Origin: Macrostomum lignano | Taxonomy: Eukaryota | Direction: 5' to 3' | Assembly (NCBI GenBank): GCA_002269645.1 | Contig: NIVC01001332.1 | Span: 62,001 to 126,000, forward strand | DNA: 64,000 nucleotides | Shown here: in pieces, positions 47,788-60,880 of the stretch | Position numbering within the stretch: the stretch's first letter is position 1 | How the letters are laid out: each line of letters begins with the position of its first letter | The notes under the pieces: generated by a model | Told to the model about the DNA's origin: nothing | The model's input: only the letters and a program-made list of their open reading frames with translations | Database searches by the model: none | Translations under genes and position numbers: made by a program

Positions 47788-49090
47788 CAGATCCTCAGTT
47801 GCTGGACCAGCCTCCCAGATCCTCATTTGCTGGGCCAGCCTCCCAGATCCTCAGTTGCTGGGCCAGCCTCCCAGATCCTCATTTGCTGGACCAGCCTCTC
47901 AGATCCTCATTTGCTGGGCCAGCCTCCCAGATCCTCAGTTGCTGGGCCAGCCTCCCAGATCCTCATTTGCTGGCCCAGCCTCCCAGATCCTCGGTTGCTG
48001 GGCCAGCCTCCCAGATCCTCAGTTGCTGGCCCAGCCTCCCAGATCCTCGGTTGCTGGGCCAGCCTTCCAGATCCTCGGTTGCTGGGCCAGCCTCCCAGAT
48101 CCTCAGTTGCTGGCCCAGCCTCCCAGATCCTCGGTTGCTGGGCCAGCCTTCCAGATCCTCGGTTGCTGGGCCAGCCTCCCAGATCCTCAGTGGCTGGGGC
48201 AGCCTTCCAAATCCTCAGTTGCTGGCCCAGCCTCCCAGATCCTCATTTGCTGGCCCAGCCTCCCAGATCCTCAGTTGCTGGGCCAGCCACCCTGATCCTC
48301 AGTTGCTGGGCCAGCCTCCCAGATCCTCGGTTGCTGGGCCAGCCTCCCAGATCCTCATTTGCTGGACCAGCCTCCCAGATCCTCATTTGCTGGGCCAGCC
48401 TCCCAGATCCTCAGTTGCTGGGCCAGCCTCCCAGATCCTCATTTGCTGGCCCAGCCTCCCAGATCCTCGGTTGCTGGGCCAGCCTCCCAGATCCTCAGTT
48501 GCTGGCCCAGCCTCCCAGATCCTCGGTTGCTGGGCCAGCCTTCCAGATCCTCGGTTGCTGGGCCAGCCTCCCAGATCCTCAGTGGCTGGGGCAGCCTTCC
48601 AAATCCTCAGTTGCTGGCCCAGCCTCCCAGATCCTCATTTGCTGGCCCAGCCTCCCAGATCCTCAGTTGCTGGGCCAGCCACCCTGATCCTCATTTGCTG
48701 GCCCAGCCTCCCAGATCCTCAGTTGCTGGGCCAGCCACCCTGATCCTCAGTTGCTGGCCAGCCTCCCAGATCCTCAGTTGCTGGCCCAGCCTCCCAGATC
48801 CTCATTTGCTGGCCCAGCCTCCCAGATTCTCAGTTGCTGGCCCAGCCTCCCAGATCCTCATTTGCTGGCCCAGCCTCCCAGATCCTCAGTTGCTGGGCAC
48901 CAGCCTCCCAGATCCTCAGTTGCTGGGCACCAGCCTTCCAGATCCTCAGTTGCTGGGCACCAGCCTTCCAGATCCTCAGTTGCTGGGCACCAGCCTTCCA
49001 GATCCTCAGTTGCTGGGCCAGCCTCCCCCCAGATCCTCAGTGGCTGGGGCAGCCTTCCGGATCCTCAGTTGCTGGGCCAGCCTCCCAGAG
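47788..49090. repeat. Second array of the same 28-bp minisatellite between MRPL45 and RPL6
   Basis: Same unit as 46000-47135. Confidence 0.95.
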
Positions 49091-49294
49091 TGTCAGTTAA
49101 TCAGCTTATAATATATTTATATCAGTTTAATCAGCATTTTATGCTGGCGTTCAAATGATTGATAAGAAACTCGGTGCATTTTTTGTATTTATGCCAGTGC
49201 CCTCATCTTGCTACTTGCAGTAGCTTGCAATAATTTTCCATAATAATATTATATTGAGTAAAGTTTGAGACATACAGTTTAGTAAAATACGCCA

Positions 49295-51650
49295 ATGGCT
49301 CCTAAAGCGCAGAAAAAGCCGCAAGGCAAAGTACGTGAATTTGATCTAGATAAAATTATTTTCCTTATCTTCCTTGCACAATCCATTTTATAGTTCACGT
49401 TGTTCTTCCTTGGCTATTTGGATTGCTAACCTAATATAAATTTCCTTACGCTTATACACCTATTAACTATTCATTCTCTTTCTTGCACGAAAAAACTGTT
49501 TGTCTAAGCAAATGTTTATTTATTAATGGAAAACAGCTGTCCTTAAACTTACTGGTGTTTACTGTAAACTCAAAGTCACAAAGCGCATCACGCGAGCTGT
49601 AGAATCTTAAAGAGTCGCAAAAAGAAGTCGTCCCAAGAGTCGATGTTTTAGCGCTTAACTTTCTACTCGTAATACGAGAACTTGAGTAGACAAAATATCG
49701 TTGTTTTATAAACACAGAATGCGATTCTGATTTATAAAGTGACGCAATTGCGCTTTAGATGCAACTCAGTGGCTCTACAGCCCCAAGAGTCGCAAACAGT
49801 AAACCATCTTGAATTGAGTCTTCGACGACTTTTCGGCGACTTGTGCCGTGATATTTTGTCACCTAGAGCAGGGGTCGGCCCGCGGGCATAAGCCTCTCTA
49901 ACCGTAACCGGCCCTCGGTCCTTTGAAACTGCCCGATTAAGGTTTATATCCTTTTTTTAATTTTCCTCCGCTTATATATTTGGCTATAAATCTTAGTTTC
50001 TCTCTGTAACTCATTCGAAAATGAATTTTCTAAACCTGTTTAACCCATGCTACATTGCAGCAAATGGCCAAGAGCAGCGCTCCCCACAAGCCCAAGAACT
50101 CGGCTATTAACGCCAGTAGGCTGATGAAATATTCTCGGGCCAGAATTTTCCAACGCAAGGCCGCGTACAAGGTTAAGAAGGTTAAGACTCCGGCCAAGAA
50201 ATCGGCCGAGAAAGCCGCCGCCGCCGCTTTTGTTGTTAAGAAAATTGGCGGCGATAAGAATGGCGGAGAGAGGAAGGTGTACAAGAAGACGGTGAGTGCT
50301 TTGTATGTGTGAACTGCAGGCTGCAGTGGGAAGTATGAGAGTTTTTAGCAACCCTAAGCCCCTCTACTCGTAAGCCAGGCACCCTGCTTGTCCCCTTAAA
50401 GACTAATTCTGTCACCCCAGACTCTAATCCTCTCACCCCAAACACTAATCCTCTCGCCCCAGACTCTAATCCTCTCACCCCAAAAACTAATCCTGTCATT
50501 TAAACACTAATCCTGTTACCCCAAAGACTAATCCTCTCACCCCAAACAGTAATCCTCTCACCTCAAACACTAATCCTCTCACCCCAAAAACTAATCCTGT
50601 CATTTAAACACTAATCCTGTTACACCAAAGACTAATCCTCTCACCCCAAACACTAATCCTCTCACCCCAAAAACTAATCCTGTCATTTAAACACTAATCC
50701 TGTTACACCAAAGACTAATCCTCTCACCCCAAACAGTAATCCTCTCACCTCAAACACTAATCCTCTCACCCCAAAAACTAATCCTGTCATTTAAACACTA
50801 ATCCTGTTACCCCAAAGACTAATCCTGCCACCCCAAACACTAATCCTCTCACCCCAAACACTAATCCTCTCACCCCAAAAACTAATCCTGTCATTTAAAC
50901 ACTAATCCTGTTACACCAAAGACTAATCCTCTCACCCCAAACAGTAATCCTCTAACCCCAAGCACTAATCCTGTTACCCCAAACACTAATCCTCTCACCC
51001 CAAAGACTAATCCTCTCACCCCAAACACTAATCCTCTCACCCCAAACACTAATCCTCTCACCCCAAACACTAATCCTGTCGTCCCCACTGATTTGCAGCC
51101 GAAGTCGCTGCCCACTCAGGTGGCCAGCCGCAAGGTTCAGCTACGCCCGAAGAAGACCTTCAAGAAACACGTGCGCCGTATTCGCTCCAACCTGGCGCCT
51201 GGCGCCGTCCTAATCCTGCTAGCTGGCCGGCACAAGGGCAAGCGCGTTGTGCTGCTCAAGCAGCTCGAGAGCGGCCTGCTGCTGGTCACGGGACCCCGCA
51301 AGCTTAACGGCTGCCCTCTCCGCCGCGTCAGTCAACGCTACGTAATCGGCACTAAAACTCGCATCGACATCAGCAAGGTCGCTCTGCCCGAGCGACTTAA
51401 CGACGCCTATTTCCGTCGCCAGCGTTCGGCTAAGAAGTCGGCCGCCTCGGCTGGCGGCAGCGCCGACATCTTCGCAAAGTCGGACGCCGCCTACGCTGTG
51501 TCGGCTGAGCGTCGGGAAGATCAGGCAGCCGTTGACAAGGCGCTGATGGGCGCGATCAAGGCCAGCGGTGATGGCCCGATGCTGCGCTCTTATCTGCGAT
51601 CTTTGTTCAGCATCAAGTCTGGGCAGCGGCCGCATGCTATGGTGTTCTGA
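49295..51650 (+). CDS. RPL6: 60S ribosomal protein eL6 (exons 49295-49330, 50061-50291, 51099-51650; 272 aa)
   Basis: LAPGAVLILLAGRHKGKRVVLLKQLESGLLLVTGP..LNGCPLRRVSQRYVIGT and C-terminal YLRSLFS....PHAMVF. All introns are phase 0 GT-AG. Confidence 0.95.
50400..51080. repeat. 21-bp minisatellite (ctaatcctctcaccccaaaca)n with higher-order variants, RPL6 intron 2
   Basis: Direct 21-bp periodicity. Confidence 0.95.
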
Positions 51651-52064
51651 AGGCTGGGCTAACCGGATCAGCTAACTATGGAGGACAAGAGCTACGTGAT
51701 CTGACCTTGTGCAATAAGTCTGAAGGAGCCCATTCTAAATAACAATTCCATAAATCCTTTTTTTCTGGTTCGTTGTTCTCCAACAACTCCAAATAAAAGA
51801 AAACCAACAACTCAATGGCTCTGGCTCGTGTGTTAAGCAAAATTTTGGAAACAAAAAAACTAATTATTGCATAGCAGTCTGACTTTTTTCTTGTCTTTGT
51901 TTTACAATTTTAATTATTAGTCATTTTTAGGCTTCGCAACAGCTCCTTATTTAGATGTATTTATTGTAAGTATCTGATTTCTAGTTGAACATTCAGAGCA
52001 TGAAATTTCAGCTGGGTTGTTTGTATCAATAGTGTGTGTCTAGGTTAGGGTAGACATGTCGATG

Positions 52065-52345
52065 GGGGCGTAGTCTCTGATGTGCCAGCATCCCAGGCTC
52101 GATTCCAAGTGCAGTCACATTAATCTGGGGCTGAATTGGAATCTCGGCTTGGCTCTTCTCGTGCAATTAACAGTCTTGAGGGCCAACCCCCAAGGCGCAG
52201 TGAAGTGTACATGCCTAACGATAATTAAAGTTAGGACCGCTGTACACTCCTGTGTGAGTGTGTGCCTGTGCCTATGACTGCGTACGTATCCGCGCGCTTG
52301 TGTGCCTGCTCAGGGGAGTCGGCAGAGTGGGGAGGAATGCCTCTC
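52065..52345 (+). mobile_element. tRNA-derived SINE-like repeat copy
   Basis: B-box-like ggctcgattcc followed by a body nearly identical to 61850-62140. Confidence 0.8.
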
Positions 52346-53125
52346 GCCGGTTGTGTGACAATGTCGCTTGAACATAAGCAGATATTACAGATAGGCCTAT
52401 GTCTGAATTATAATTCGTAAGCGCAAGAACTTCCCGGATGTCTTGATGTAGGCTATAGGCTATGATGACAGATGCAATGTCTGATTAACCATCAGATATA
52501 CCCTGAATCCTACACCCCTCCCATTCACTCTCTGTCTAGGTCTAGAATATAGGGAAGGTGCAGGTTGGAGTGTCAAATGTTATTAGGCAAAGTGGCAGTT
52601 TCTATAATCAAGTGATTTGTTTAGATTTCTATTCCGATAATATCCAAGCACAACCGGGTTAGCAACCGTGGGCGATGACATTGGGAATGTCGAGTGCTTG
52701 TCGAAAGATTTCCTTGTTTGTTTTTCCGTTATCATCAGCAGCCCACTAGCCGCCAATTTGTTGGTAGTTTTAATAACAACTTCTAAAATTCAATTGTTTA
52801 TACGTACTTAGTTCTGAACTATGTAACACTAAAGAATGGTTATTGTTTAGTGGGTCTGAAGCGCATTAGCCGCTCCCCTTAGCACCTGCAAGTTAAGCTA
52901 AATTGGCATCGGTTAGTTATGTCAAACTTCAATAAGCAAGTAGTTGACCTTCAAATGACTAAGTCAAGCTTTTTCCTATCTCGAAATCTTAGTGCCATTC
53001 TTTGTAATGGCAAAAGGGAGCTATCCAGAGGAGGTCCATAAGGTCTTCTGGCCCCCTCGTAGCTGTTTATTAAAAATGAAAGATCATGTTCTCAGAGAAA
53101 AATGATTTGGCACTTAAAATCTCAC

Positions 53126-53305
53126 CTGAGGCGCCAAATAGGCGCTTCAATCCTGTCTGAGGCACCAAATAGGCGCTTCAATCCTGTCTGAGGCGCCAAA
53201 TAGGCGCTTAAAGTCCTGTCTGAGGGAGGCGCCAAATTGGCGCTAAAATTCCTGTCTGAGGCGCCAAATCGGCGTTTAAAGTCCTGTCTGAGGCGCCAAA
53301 TTGGT
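53126..53305. repeat. 31-bp tandem repeat (ctgaggcgccaaataggcgcttcaatcctgt), about 6 copies
   Basis: Direct periodicity; each unit has a small gaggcgcc/ggcgcttc hairpin. Confidence 0.85.
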
Positions 53306-53425
53306 GTTAAGTCTTACCATCCATTGTGTCCATTGTACTCGTAGCTACCTGTTTAAGTTAATTACGCTCGTAAAAAACTACTCTAGTTTACTTTTCTAGG
53401 TTAGAGTAGCTCTTAGATTTTACAG

Positions 53426-56400
53426 CTTGGAGCTCGGTTTCCTCAAACAGTTATCTGTCATCTTCGACATCTCCTGCCTCCGAGACGCCGCATCTCCGGC
53501 TTCAATCGCCGCTTATTGGCTTACGCATTGGCCGCGCTATTGGTCTTCGCCTGTCTGACTGTGCTCAACTTGAGTCAACTGCCCGCCTCGGTTGCTAACG
53601 ACGCCAGTTTAGTTGCTAAGCACGATCGCGAATCGCATAGTCTAGGCCAGTCTGCTCATATTGCTTGGCGACTGCAGTCCAATCGGTTGTATGAGCACCG
53701 GGGCCACGAGGGGCTGCCGGATTTCCGGCCGGCTAACAGCGACCAGGAGCTGCGCATCCGGGATCTGCTGGATGCTGGCTGGCCGCCTGCGGAGCTCTAC
53801 GCTAATACTACTAATAGTAGTAACTTTAATAAAGGATTTGCTCTGGAGGCTGGACTGCACGATAGCTATGTTGCTATGGTGAGGGCTCACTTTGCATGGT
53901 AAATGAGTCTGACTCTTGCCTGACGATTAGAAAGTTTGGGCTGCTGTACATGCTGTATGAGCGTGTGTATGAGCGCACCCTGGTGCACTTTAATAAGCGA
54001 CATTGTCACACAACCAGCGAGAGGCATTACTGCCCATTCCGCCGACTCCCCTGAGCAGGCACACAAGCGCGCAGATACGTACGCAGTCATACGCACAGGC
54101 ACACACTCACACAGAAGTGTACAGAGGCTTTAACTTTATTTATCGTTAGGCATGTACACTTCACTGTGTCTTGGGGTTGGCCCTCAAACTAGTCGTTAAT
54201 TGCACGAGCAGAGCCAAGCCGAGATTCCAATTTAGACCCAAATTAATGTGACTGCAAATTGGAATCGAGCCTGGGCCGCTGGCACATCAGAGCGCCTATC
54301 TATATTGACTGCAATGACGACTAAATTAGGACGCCTAATTGGTCGGCCTTCAAGGATTTTTCAAAGAAATGGTTCCTATCATAATTCAACCCTCCGTAAG
54401 TCTCACCTGGACGCCACTATAAGACACTTTAGTGCCACTTGAAGACCCACCTTGGCGCCACTTAAAGAAACTTTGGCGCCACTATAAGACACAACTTGGC
54501 GCCACTGTAAGACCTACCTTAGCGCCACTATAGGACTCACCTTGGCGCCACTAGAAGACTCAACTTAGCGCCACTTTAAGAAACTTTGGCGCCACTATAA
54601 GACCCACCTTGGCGCCACTATAAGACTCACCTTGGCGCCACTAAGAAACTTTGGCGCCACTATAAGACCCACCTTGGCGCCACTAGAAGACTCAACTTGG
54701 CGTCACTATAAGGCTCACCTTAGCGCCACTTAAAGAAACTTTGGCGCCAATATAAGACACAACTTGGCGCCACTGTAAGATCTACCTTATCGCCACTATA
54801 GGACTCACCTTGGCGCCACTAGAATACTCAACTTAGCGCCACTTTAAGAAACTTTGGCGCCATTAGATGACTCAACTTGGCGCCACTTTAGGAAACTTTG
54901 GCGTCACTATAAGACACAACTTGGCGCCACTGTAAGACCTACCTTAGCGCCACTATAGGACTCACCTTGGCGCCACTAGAAGACTCAACTTAGCGCCACT
55001 TTAGGAAACTTTGGCGCCACTAGATGACTCAACTTGGCGCCACTATAAGACCCACCTTGGCGCCACTATAAGACTCACATTGGCGCCACTTTAAGAAACT
55101 TTGGCGCCACTATAAGACACAACTTGGCGCCACTATAAGACCCACCTTAGCGCGACTAGAAGACTCAACTTGGCGTCACTATAAGGCTCACCTTAGCGCC
55201 ACTTAAAGAAACTTTGGCGCCAATATAAGACACAACTTGGCGCCACTGTAAGACCTACCTTATCGCCACTATAGGACTCACCTTGGCGCCACTAGAATAC
55301 TCAACTTAGCGCCACTTTAGGAAACTTTGGCGCCACTAGATGACTCAACTTGGCGCCACTATAAGACCCACCTTGGCGCCACTATAAGACTCACATTGGC
55401 GCCACTTTAAGAAACTTTGGCGCCACTATAAGACACAACTTGGCGCCACTATAAGACCCACCTTAGCGCGACTAGAAGACTCAACTTGGCGTCACTATAA
55501 GGCTCACCTTAGCGCCACTTAAAGAAACTTTGGCGCCAATATAAGACACAACTTGGCGCCACTGTAAGACCTACCTTATCGCCACTATAGGACTCACCTT
55601 GGCGCCACTAGAATACTCAACTTAGCGCCACTTTAAGAAACTTTGGCGCCATTAGATGACTCAACTTGGCGCCACTATAAGAAACTTTGGCGCCACTATA
55701 AGACTCAACTTGACGCCACTTTAAGAAACTTTGGCGTCACTATAAGACCCAACTTAGCGCCACTATAGGACTCACCTTGGCGCCACTAGAGGACTCAACT
55801 TGGCGCCACTAGAAGACTCAAATTGGCGCCACTAGAAGACTCTCCTTGGCGCCACTTAATTAAGCTACAGTAGTCTCACCCATAAACTGGAACACCCCAG
55901 TTTTCCCAGAGTTCGTTCGCCGCTAACAACAAAGAGCGTCGCTTGTTGCCTAGCAACGCCAGTCAGCGAATTCTATCTCAGCTGGAACGGCTGACAGGCC
56001 AAGCTGCCGTCTCGTTGGTCTCAGAGTTTCCAGCTGGCAGTCAGATGAAGCTGCTACTCCAACTGGATGCTGGAACCGGTGGCGCATCTGTGGTTTTTAA
56101 GCCACGCGTCTACGACCGCGATCGGGTGATGACTGGGAGCGTTGTGGCCGGCAGGGACAGGTGCGTGATAAAGGGGTGCTTTTTCTAGAGCTGGCATCAT
56201 CATTGTCTTGAGCTTGGGTTGAGATCTGACACCTTATTGAATTCTAAGCAATGTTTGTGTCCTAAAAGTCTTTGGATTCTTAGTTGTTTTTGAGGTCTAG
56301 ACACCCTGCTGACTTCTTAGACTTACATATGACACTCAGATTCCATTAAAATCGTCAGGTTACCCTCAGAACTGTCAGGTTACCCTCAGAATTGTCAGGT

Positions 56401-59400
56401 TACCCTCAGAATTGTCAGGTTACTCTCAGAATTGTCAGGTTACCCTCAGAATTGTCAGGTTACCTCAGAATTGTCAGGTTACCTCAGAATTGTCAGGTTA
56501 CCCTCAGAATTGTCAGGTTACCCTCAGAACTGTCAGGTTACCCTCAGAATTGTCAGGTTACCCTCAGAATTGTCAGGTTACCCTCAGAATTGTCAGGTTA
56601 CCCTCAGAATTGTCAGGTTACCCTCAGAATTGTCAGGTTACCTCAGAATTGTCAGGTTACCCTCAGAACTGTCAGATTACCCTCAGAATTGTCAGGTTAC
56701 CCTCAGAATTGTCAGGTTACCCTCAGAACTGTCAGATTACCCTCAGAATTGTCAGGTTACCCTCAATATTGTCAGGTTACCCCATAATTTTCAGGTTACC
56801 CTCAGAACTGTCAGATTACCCTCAGAATTGTCAGGTTACCCTCAATATTGTCAGGTTACCCTTCAGGATCGTCAGGTTACCCTCAGGATCTTCAGTTTAC
56901 CCTCAGGATCTTCAGTTTACCCTCAGGATCTTCAGGTTGCCCTCAGGATCTTCAGTTTACCCTCAGGATCTTCAGGTTGCCCTCAGGATCTTCAGTTTAC
57001 CCTCAGAATCTTCAGGTTGCCCTCAGGATTGTCAGGTTACGTTCAGGATCGTCAGGTCACCCTCAAAGCCCGCCCGCCCCCCTGCAGAGACAATGCCGAG
57101 GTCGTTGGCTACCACCTTGGCCGCCTTCTGGGCTTCCACCGCGGTCCCGTGGCGTCGCCTCGGCTGCTAAACCTGACCGCAGCGTCGCTGGCGGCCACGC
57201 CTCGCCTCAGAGAGACTTTCTATCGTCGCCTGAGCGACAACCGGCTCTGTCTGTGGGGCGTCTGTCGCTACTGCACTGGCCGACGCACCGGGGTCTGCGC
57301 CGGCCCTGACGAAGTTCTTGAAGGCATCGCCGTTCTGATGCTGCCGCATCGACTGGCTCTGAAAAGGTTGGTGGCGCCAAATTTCTTGAATCTGGTCTGG
57401 GGGTGATGGCGCCAAACTTTTGGGGTGGGGCAATGACGCCAAATCGACGATCTTTGGGGAGTTGGCGGCAAATGTCTTGAGGGGGGAAATGGCGCCAAAT
57501 ATCTGGAGGGGGGCGATGGCGCCAAATCTTAGGGGGAGTTGGCGGCAAATGTCTTGAGGGGAAATGGCGCCAAATGTCTTGGGATGGGCGATGGCGCCAA
57601 ATATCTGGAGGGGGGCGATGGCGCCAAATATCTGGGGGAGTTGGCGGCAAATGTCTTGAGGGGGAAATGGCGCCAAATGTCTTGGGATGGGCGATGGCGC
57701 CAAATATCTGGAGGGGGCGATGGCGCCAAATCTTAGGGGGAGTTGGCGGCAAATGTCTTGAGGGGAAATGGCGCCAAATGTCTTGGGATGGGCGATGGCG
57801 CCAAATCTTTGGGGGAATTGGCGGCAATGTCTTGAGGGGGAAAATGGCGCCAAATATCTGGAGGGAGGCTATGGCGCCAAATCTTTGGAGTTGGCGGCAA
57901 ATGTCTTGAGGGGGAAATGGCGCCAAATGTCTTGGGATGGGCGATGGCGCCAAATATCTGGAGGGGGCTATGGCGCCAAATCTTTGGGGGAGTTGGCGGC
58001 AAATGTCTTGAGGGGGAAATGGCGCCAAATGTCTTGGGATGGGCGATGGCGCCAAATATCTGGAGGGGGCTATGGCGCCAAATCTTTGGGGAGTTGGCGG
58101 CAAATGTCTTGAGGGGGAAATGGCGCCAAATGTCTTGGGATGGGCGATGGCGCAAAATATCTGGAGGGAGGCTATGGCGCAAAATATCTGGAGGGAGGCT
58201 ATGGCGCCAAATATCTGGAGGGAGGCTATGGCGCCAAATATCTGGGGGGAGGGCAATGGCGCCAAATGTCTGTGGAGGGCGATGGCGCCAAATGTCCGTA
58301 GGGAGATGACGCGAACTTTAACTGTCGCAACTTTAAAGTACGGTACTAAAAAAAGTACAAACAATCCCGACCCGAACACGTGATTTCCAGGCACAGGCAC
58401 CCCTGGGCCAGGAACTACGCCTCGAACGATGCCAAGGCGGCTTGGCAACTGGGCGAGAATCCCTGCAACTCACAGCTATTAAGTCGGTTGGGTCCTGGCG
58501 TTCTGCTTGATCTGATTGACACCTCGATATTAGACTTTCTATTGGGCAACGCTGATAGGCACGAGTTTGAGACAGCGGCCGGTATTGGCGGACAGCAGCT
58601 GGTTGTCACGCTGGACAATGGCAAAGGCTTGGGGAATCCGTATCACGATGAGCTCAGCATTCTGGCGCCTCTGCAGCAGTGCTGTAGGCTGCGGACCAGC
58701 ACCAATAGCAGGTTGCTGGCGCTGCAGGTGAGACTTGGGGAATGAGGAATTTAATCCACGTGGGCTTGGGTGTGAGATGAGTGCTTGATTTGGAACTGCA
58801 TTGACTGATGGACAGGTGGATTATCCATCCAGTCTAGTGGTCAGGTAGATTATCCAGTCTGTAGTGGACAGGTAGATTATTCAGTCTGGCAGTCTAGTAG
58901 TTGACAGGTAGATTATCCAGTCTGTAGTGGACAGGTACATTATCCAGTCTAGTAGTGGACAGGTAGATTATCCATTCTGTAGTGGACAGGTAGATTATCC
59001 AGTCTAATGGACAGGTAGATTATCCAGTCTAATGGACAGGTAGATTATCCAGTCTAGTAGTGGACAGGTAGATTATCCAGTCTCTAGTGGACACGTAGAT
59101 TATCCAGTCTAGTAGTGGACAGGTAGATTGTCCAGTTTAGTAGTGGACAGGTAGATTATCCAATCTAGTAGTGGACAGGTAGATTATCCAGTCTAGTAGT
59201 GGACAGGTAGATTATCCAGTCTAGTAGTGGACAGGTAGATTATCCAGTCTGTAGTGGTCAGGTAGATTATCCAGTCTAGTAGTGGACAGGTAGATTATCC
59301 AGTCTAGTAGTGGACAGGTAGATTATCCAGTCTAATGGACAGGTAAATTATCCAGTCTAATGGACAGGAAGATTATCCAGTCTAACGGACAGGTAGATTA

Positions 59401-60263
59401 TCCAGTCTAATGGACAGGTAGATTATCCAGTCTAGTAGTGGACAGGTAGATTATCCAGTCTGTAGTGGACAGGTAGATTGTCCAGTCTAATGGACAGGTA
59501 GATTATCCAGTCTAATGGACAGGTAGATTATCCAGTCTAATGGACAGGTAGATTATCCAGTCTAGTAGTGGACAGGTAGATTATCCAGTCTAATGGACAG
59601 GTAGATTATCCAGTCTAATGGACAGGTAGATTATCCAGTCTAATGGACAGGAAGATTATCCAGTCTAACGGACAGGTAGATTATCCAGTCTAATGGACAC
59701 GTAGATTATCCAGTCTAGTAGTGGACTGGTAGATTATCCAGTCTGTAGTGGACAGGTAGATTATCCAGTCTAGTAGTGGACAGGTAGATTATCCAGTCTA
59801 ATGGACAGGTAGATTATCCAGTCTAATGGACAGGTAGATTATCCAGTCTAATGGACAGGTAGATTATCCAGTCTAGTAGTGGACAGGTAAATTATCCAGT
59901 CTAATGGACAGGAAGATTATCCAGTCTAACGGACAGGTAGATTATCCAGTCTAATGGACAGGTAGATTATCCAGTCTAATGCACAGGTAGATTATCCAGT
60001 CTAATGGACAGGTAGACTACTAATGTGTCCACTCTAACTCCCCCACCATCCAATCCCAGGGTCTGCTCGGCGCCGCCACCCAGGCCGCCCTGTGCCGGTC
60101 TGGCGCCTCCAGCCTGCCGTCGAGCGGGCCGCTCCTGACGCTCGAGCACTCCGCGGCTCTGGACAGGCGGCTGGATCGGGTGCTGCGCGAGCTGGACAAA
60201 TGCAACAGGAGACTGGGGCCTGCCGCTGTGCTGGTGTCTGACGATGCCAGGCTAACACTGTGA
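53426..60263 (+). CDS. FAM20B: FAM20B-like glycosaminoglycan xylosylkinase (exons 53426-53878, 55910-56160, 57088-57366, 58391-58727, 60060-60263; no ATG in the first visible exon)
   Basis: GSQMKLLL, VVFKPRVYDRDRVMTGSVVAGRDR, NAEVVGYHLGRLLGFHRGP, RHRHPWARNY, DLIDTSILDFLLGNADRH, LDNGKGLGNP.HDE.SILAPLQQCC match FAM20B. Type II TM segment at the N-terminus. All junctions are GT-AG and in frame; the exon 2 acceptor could also be 55901. Confidence 0.85.
53935..54300 (-). mobile_element. tRNA-derived SINE-like repeat copy in FAM20B intron 1
   Basis: Reverse complement of 61850-62210. Confidence 0.8.
54410..55860. repeat. ~20-24 bp minisatellite (cttggcgccactataagacccac)n, FAM20B intron 1
   Basis: Recurring ttggcgcca core. 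Confidence 0.95.
56350..57065. repeat. 20-bp minisatellite (tgtcaggttaccctcagaat)n, FAM20B intron 2
   Basis: Direct 20-bp periodicity. Confidence 0.95.
57370..58300. repeat. Compound minisatellite with a tggcgccaaat core, FAM20B intron 3
   Basis: Recurring atggcgccaaat units in a higher-order pattern. Confidence 0.9.
58810..60020. repeat. 25-28 bp minisatellite (ggacaggtagattatccagtctaat)n, FAM20B intron 4
   Basis: Direct periodicity. Confidence 0.95.
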
Positions 60264-60274
60264 CGCTGTGGGTA

Positions 60275-60880
60275 TTGGGGTCTGTAAATACAGGCTGTCT
60301 GTGTCTGTAAATACAGGCTGTTTGAGTCTGTAAATACAGGCTGTTTGTGTCTGTAAATACAGGCTGTTTGTGTCTGTAAATACAGGCTGTTTGTGTCTGT
60401 AAATACAGGCTGTTTGTGTCTGTAAATACAGACTGTTTGTGTCTGTAAATACAGGCTGTCTGTGTCTGTAAATACAGACTGTGTCTGTAAATACAGACTG
60501 TGTCTGTAAATACAGGCTGTTTGAGTCTGTAAATACAGGCTGTCTGTGTCTGTAAATACAGGCTGTTTGTGTCTGTAAATACAGGCTGTCTGTGTCTGTA
60601 AATACAGGCTGTCTGTGTCTGTAAATACGGGCTGTTTGTGTCTGTAAATACAGGCTGTTTGTTTCTGTAAATACAGGCTGTTTGTGTCTGTAAATACAGG
60701 CTGTTTGTGTCTGTAAATACAGGCTGTTTGTGTCTGTAAATACAGGCTGTTTGTTTCTGTAAATACAGACTGTTTGTGTCTGTAAATACAGGCTGTTTGT
60801 TTCTGTAAATACAGACTGTTTGTGTCTGTAAATACAGACTGTTTGTGTCTGTAAATACAGATTTCTGTCTGTAAATACAG
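60275..60880. repeat. 23-bp minisatellite (tgtctgtaaatacaggctgtttg)n just 3' of the FAM20B stop
   Basis: Direct 23-bp periodicity. Confidence 0.95.

Noticed and set aside
45963-49158. Long PASQILSCW-type ORFs
   Set aside because: Translations of the 28-bp satellite in an intron and an intergenic region.
49331-50060. snoRNA hosted in RPL6 intron 1
   Set aside because: No convincing C/D or H/ACA box pair with a terminal stem was found by eye.
56392-58448. Long ORFs with SELSGYP or FGAIAP repeats on both strands
   Set aside because: Intronic minisatellites; only 57088-57366 and 58391-58727 are real FAM20B exons.
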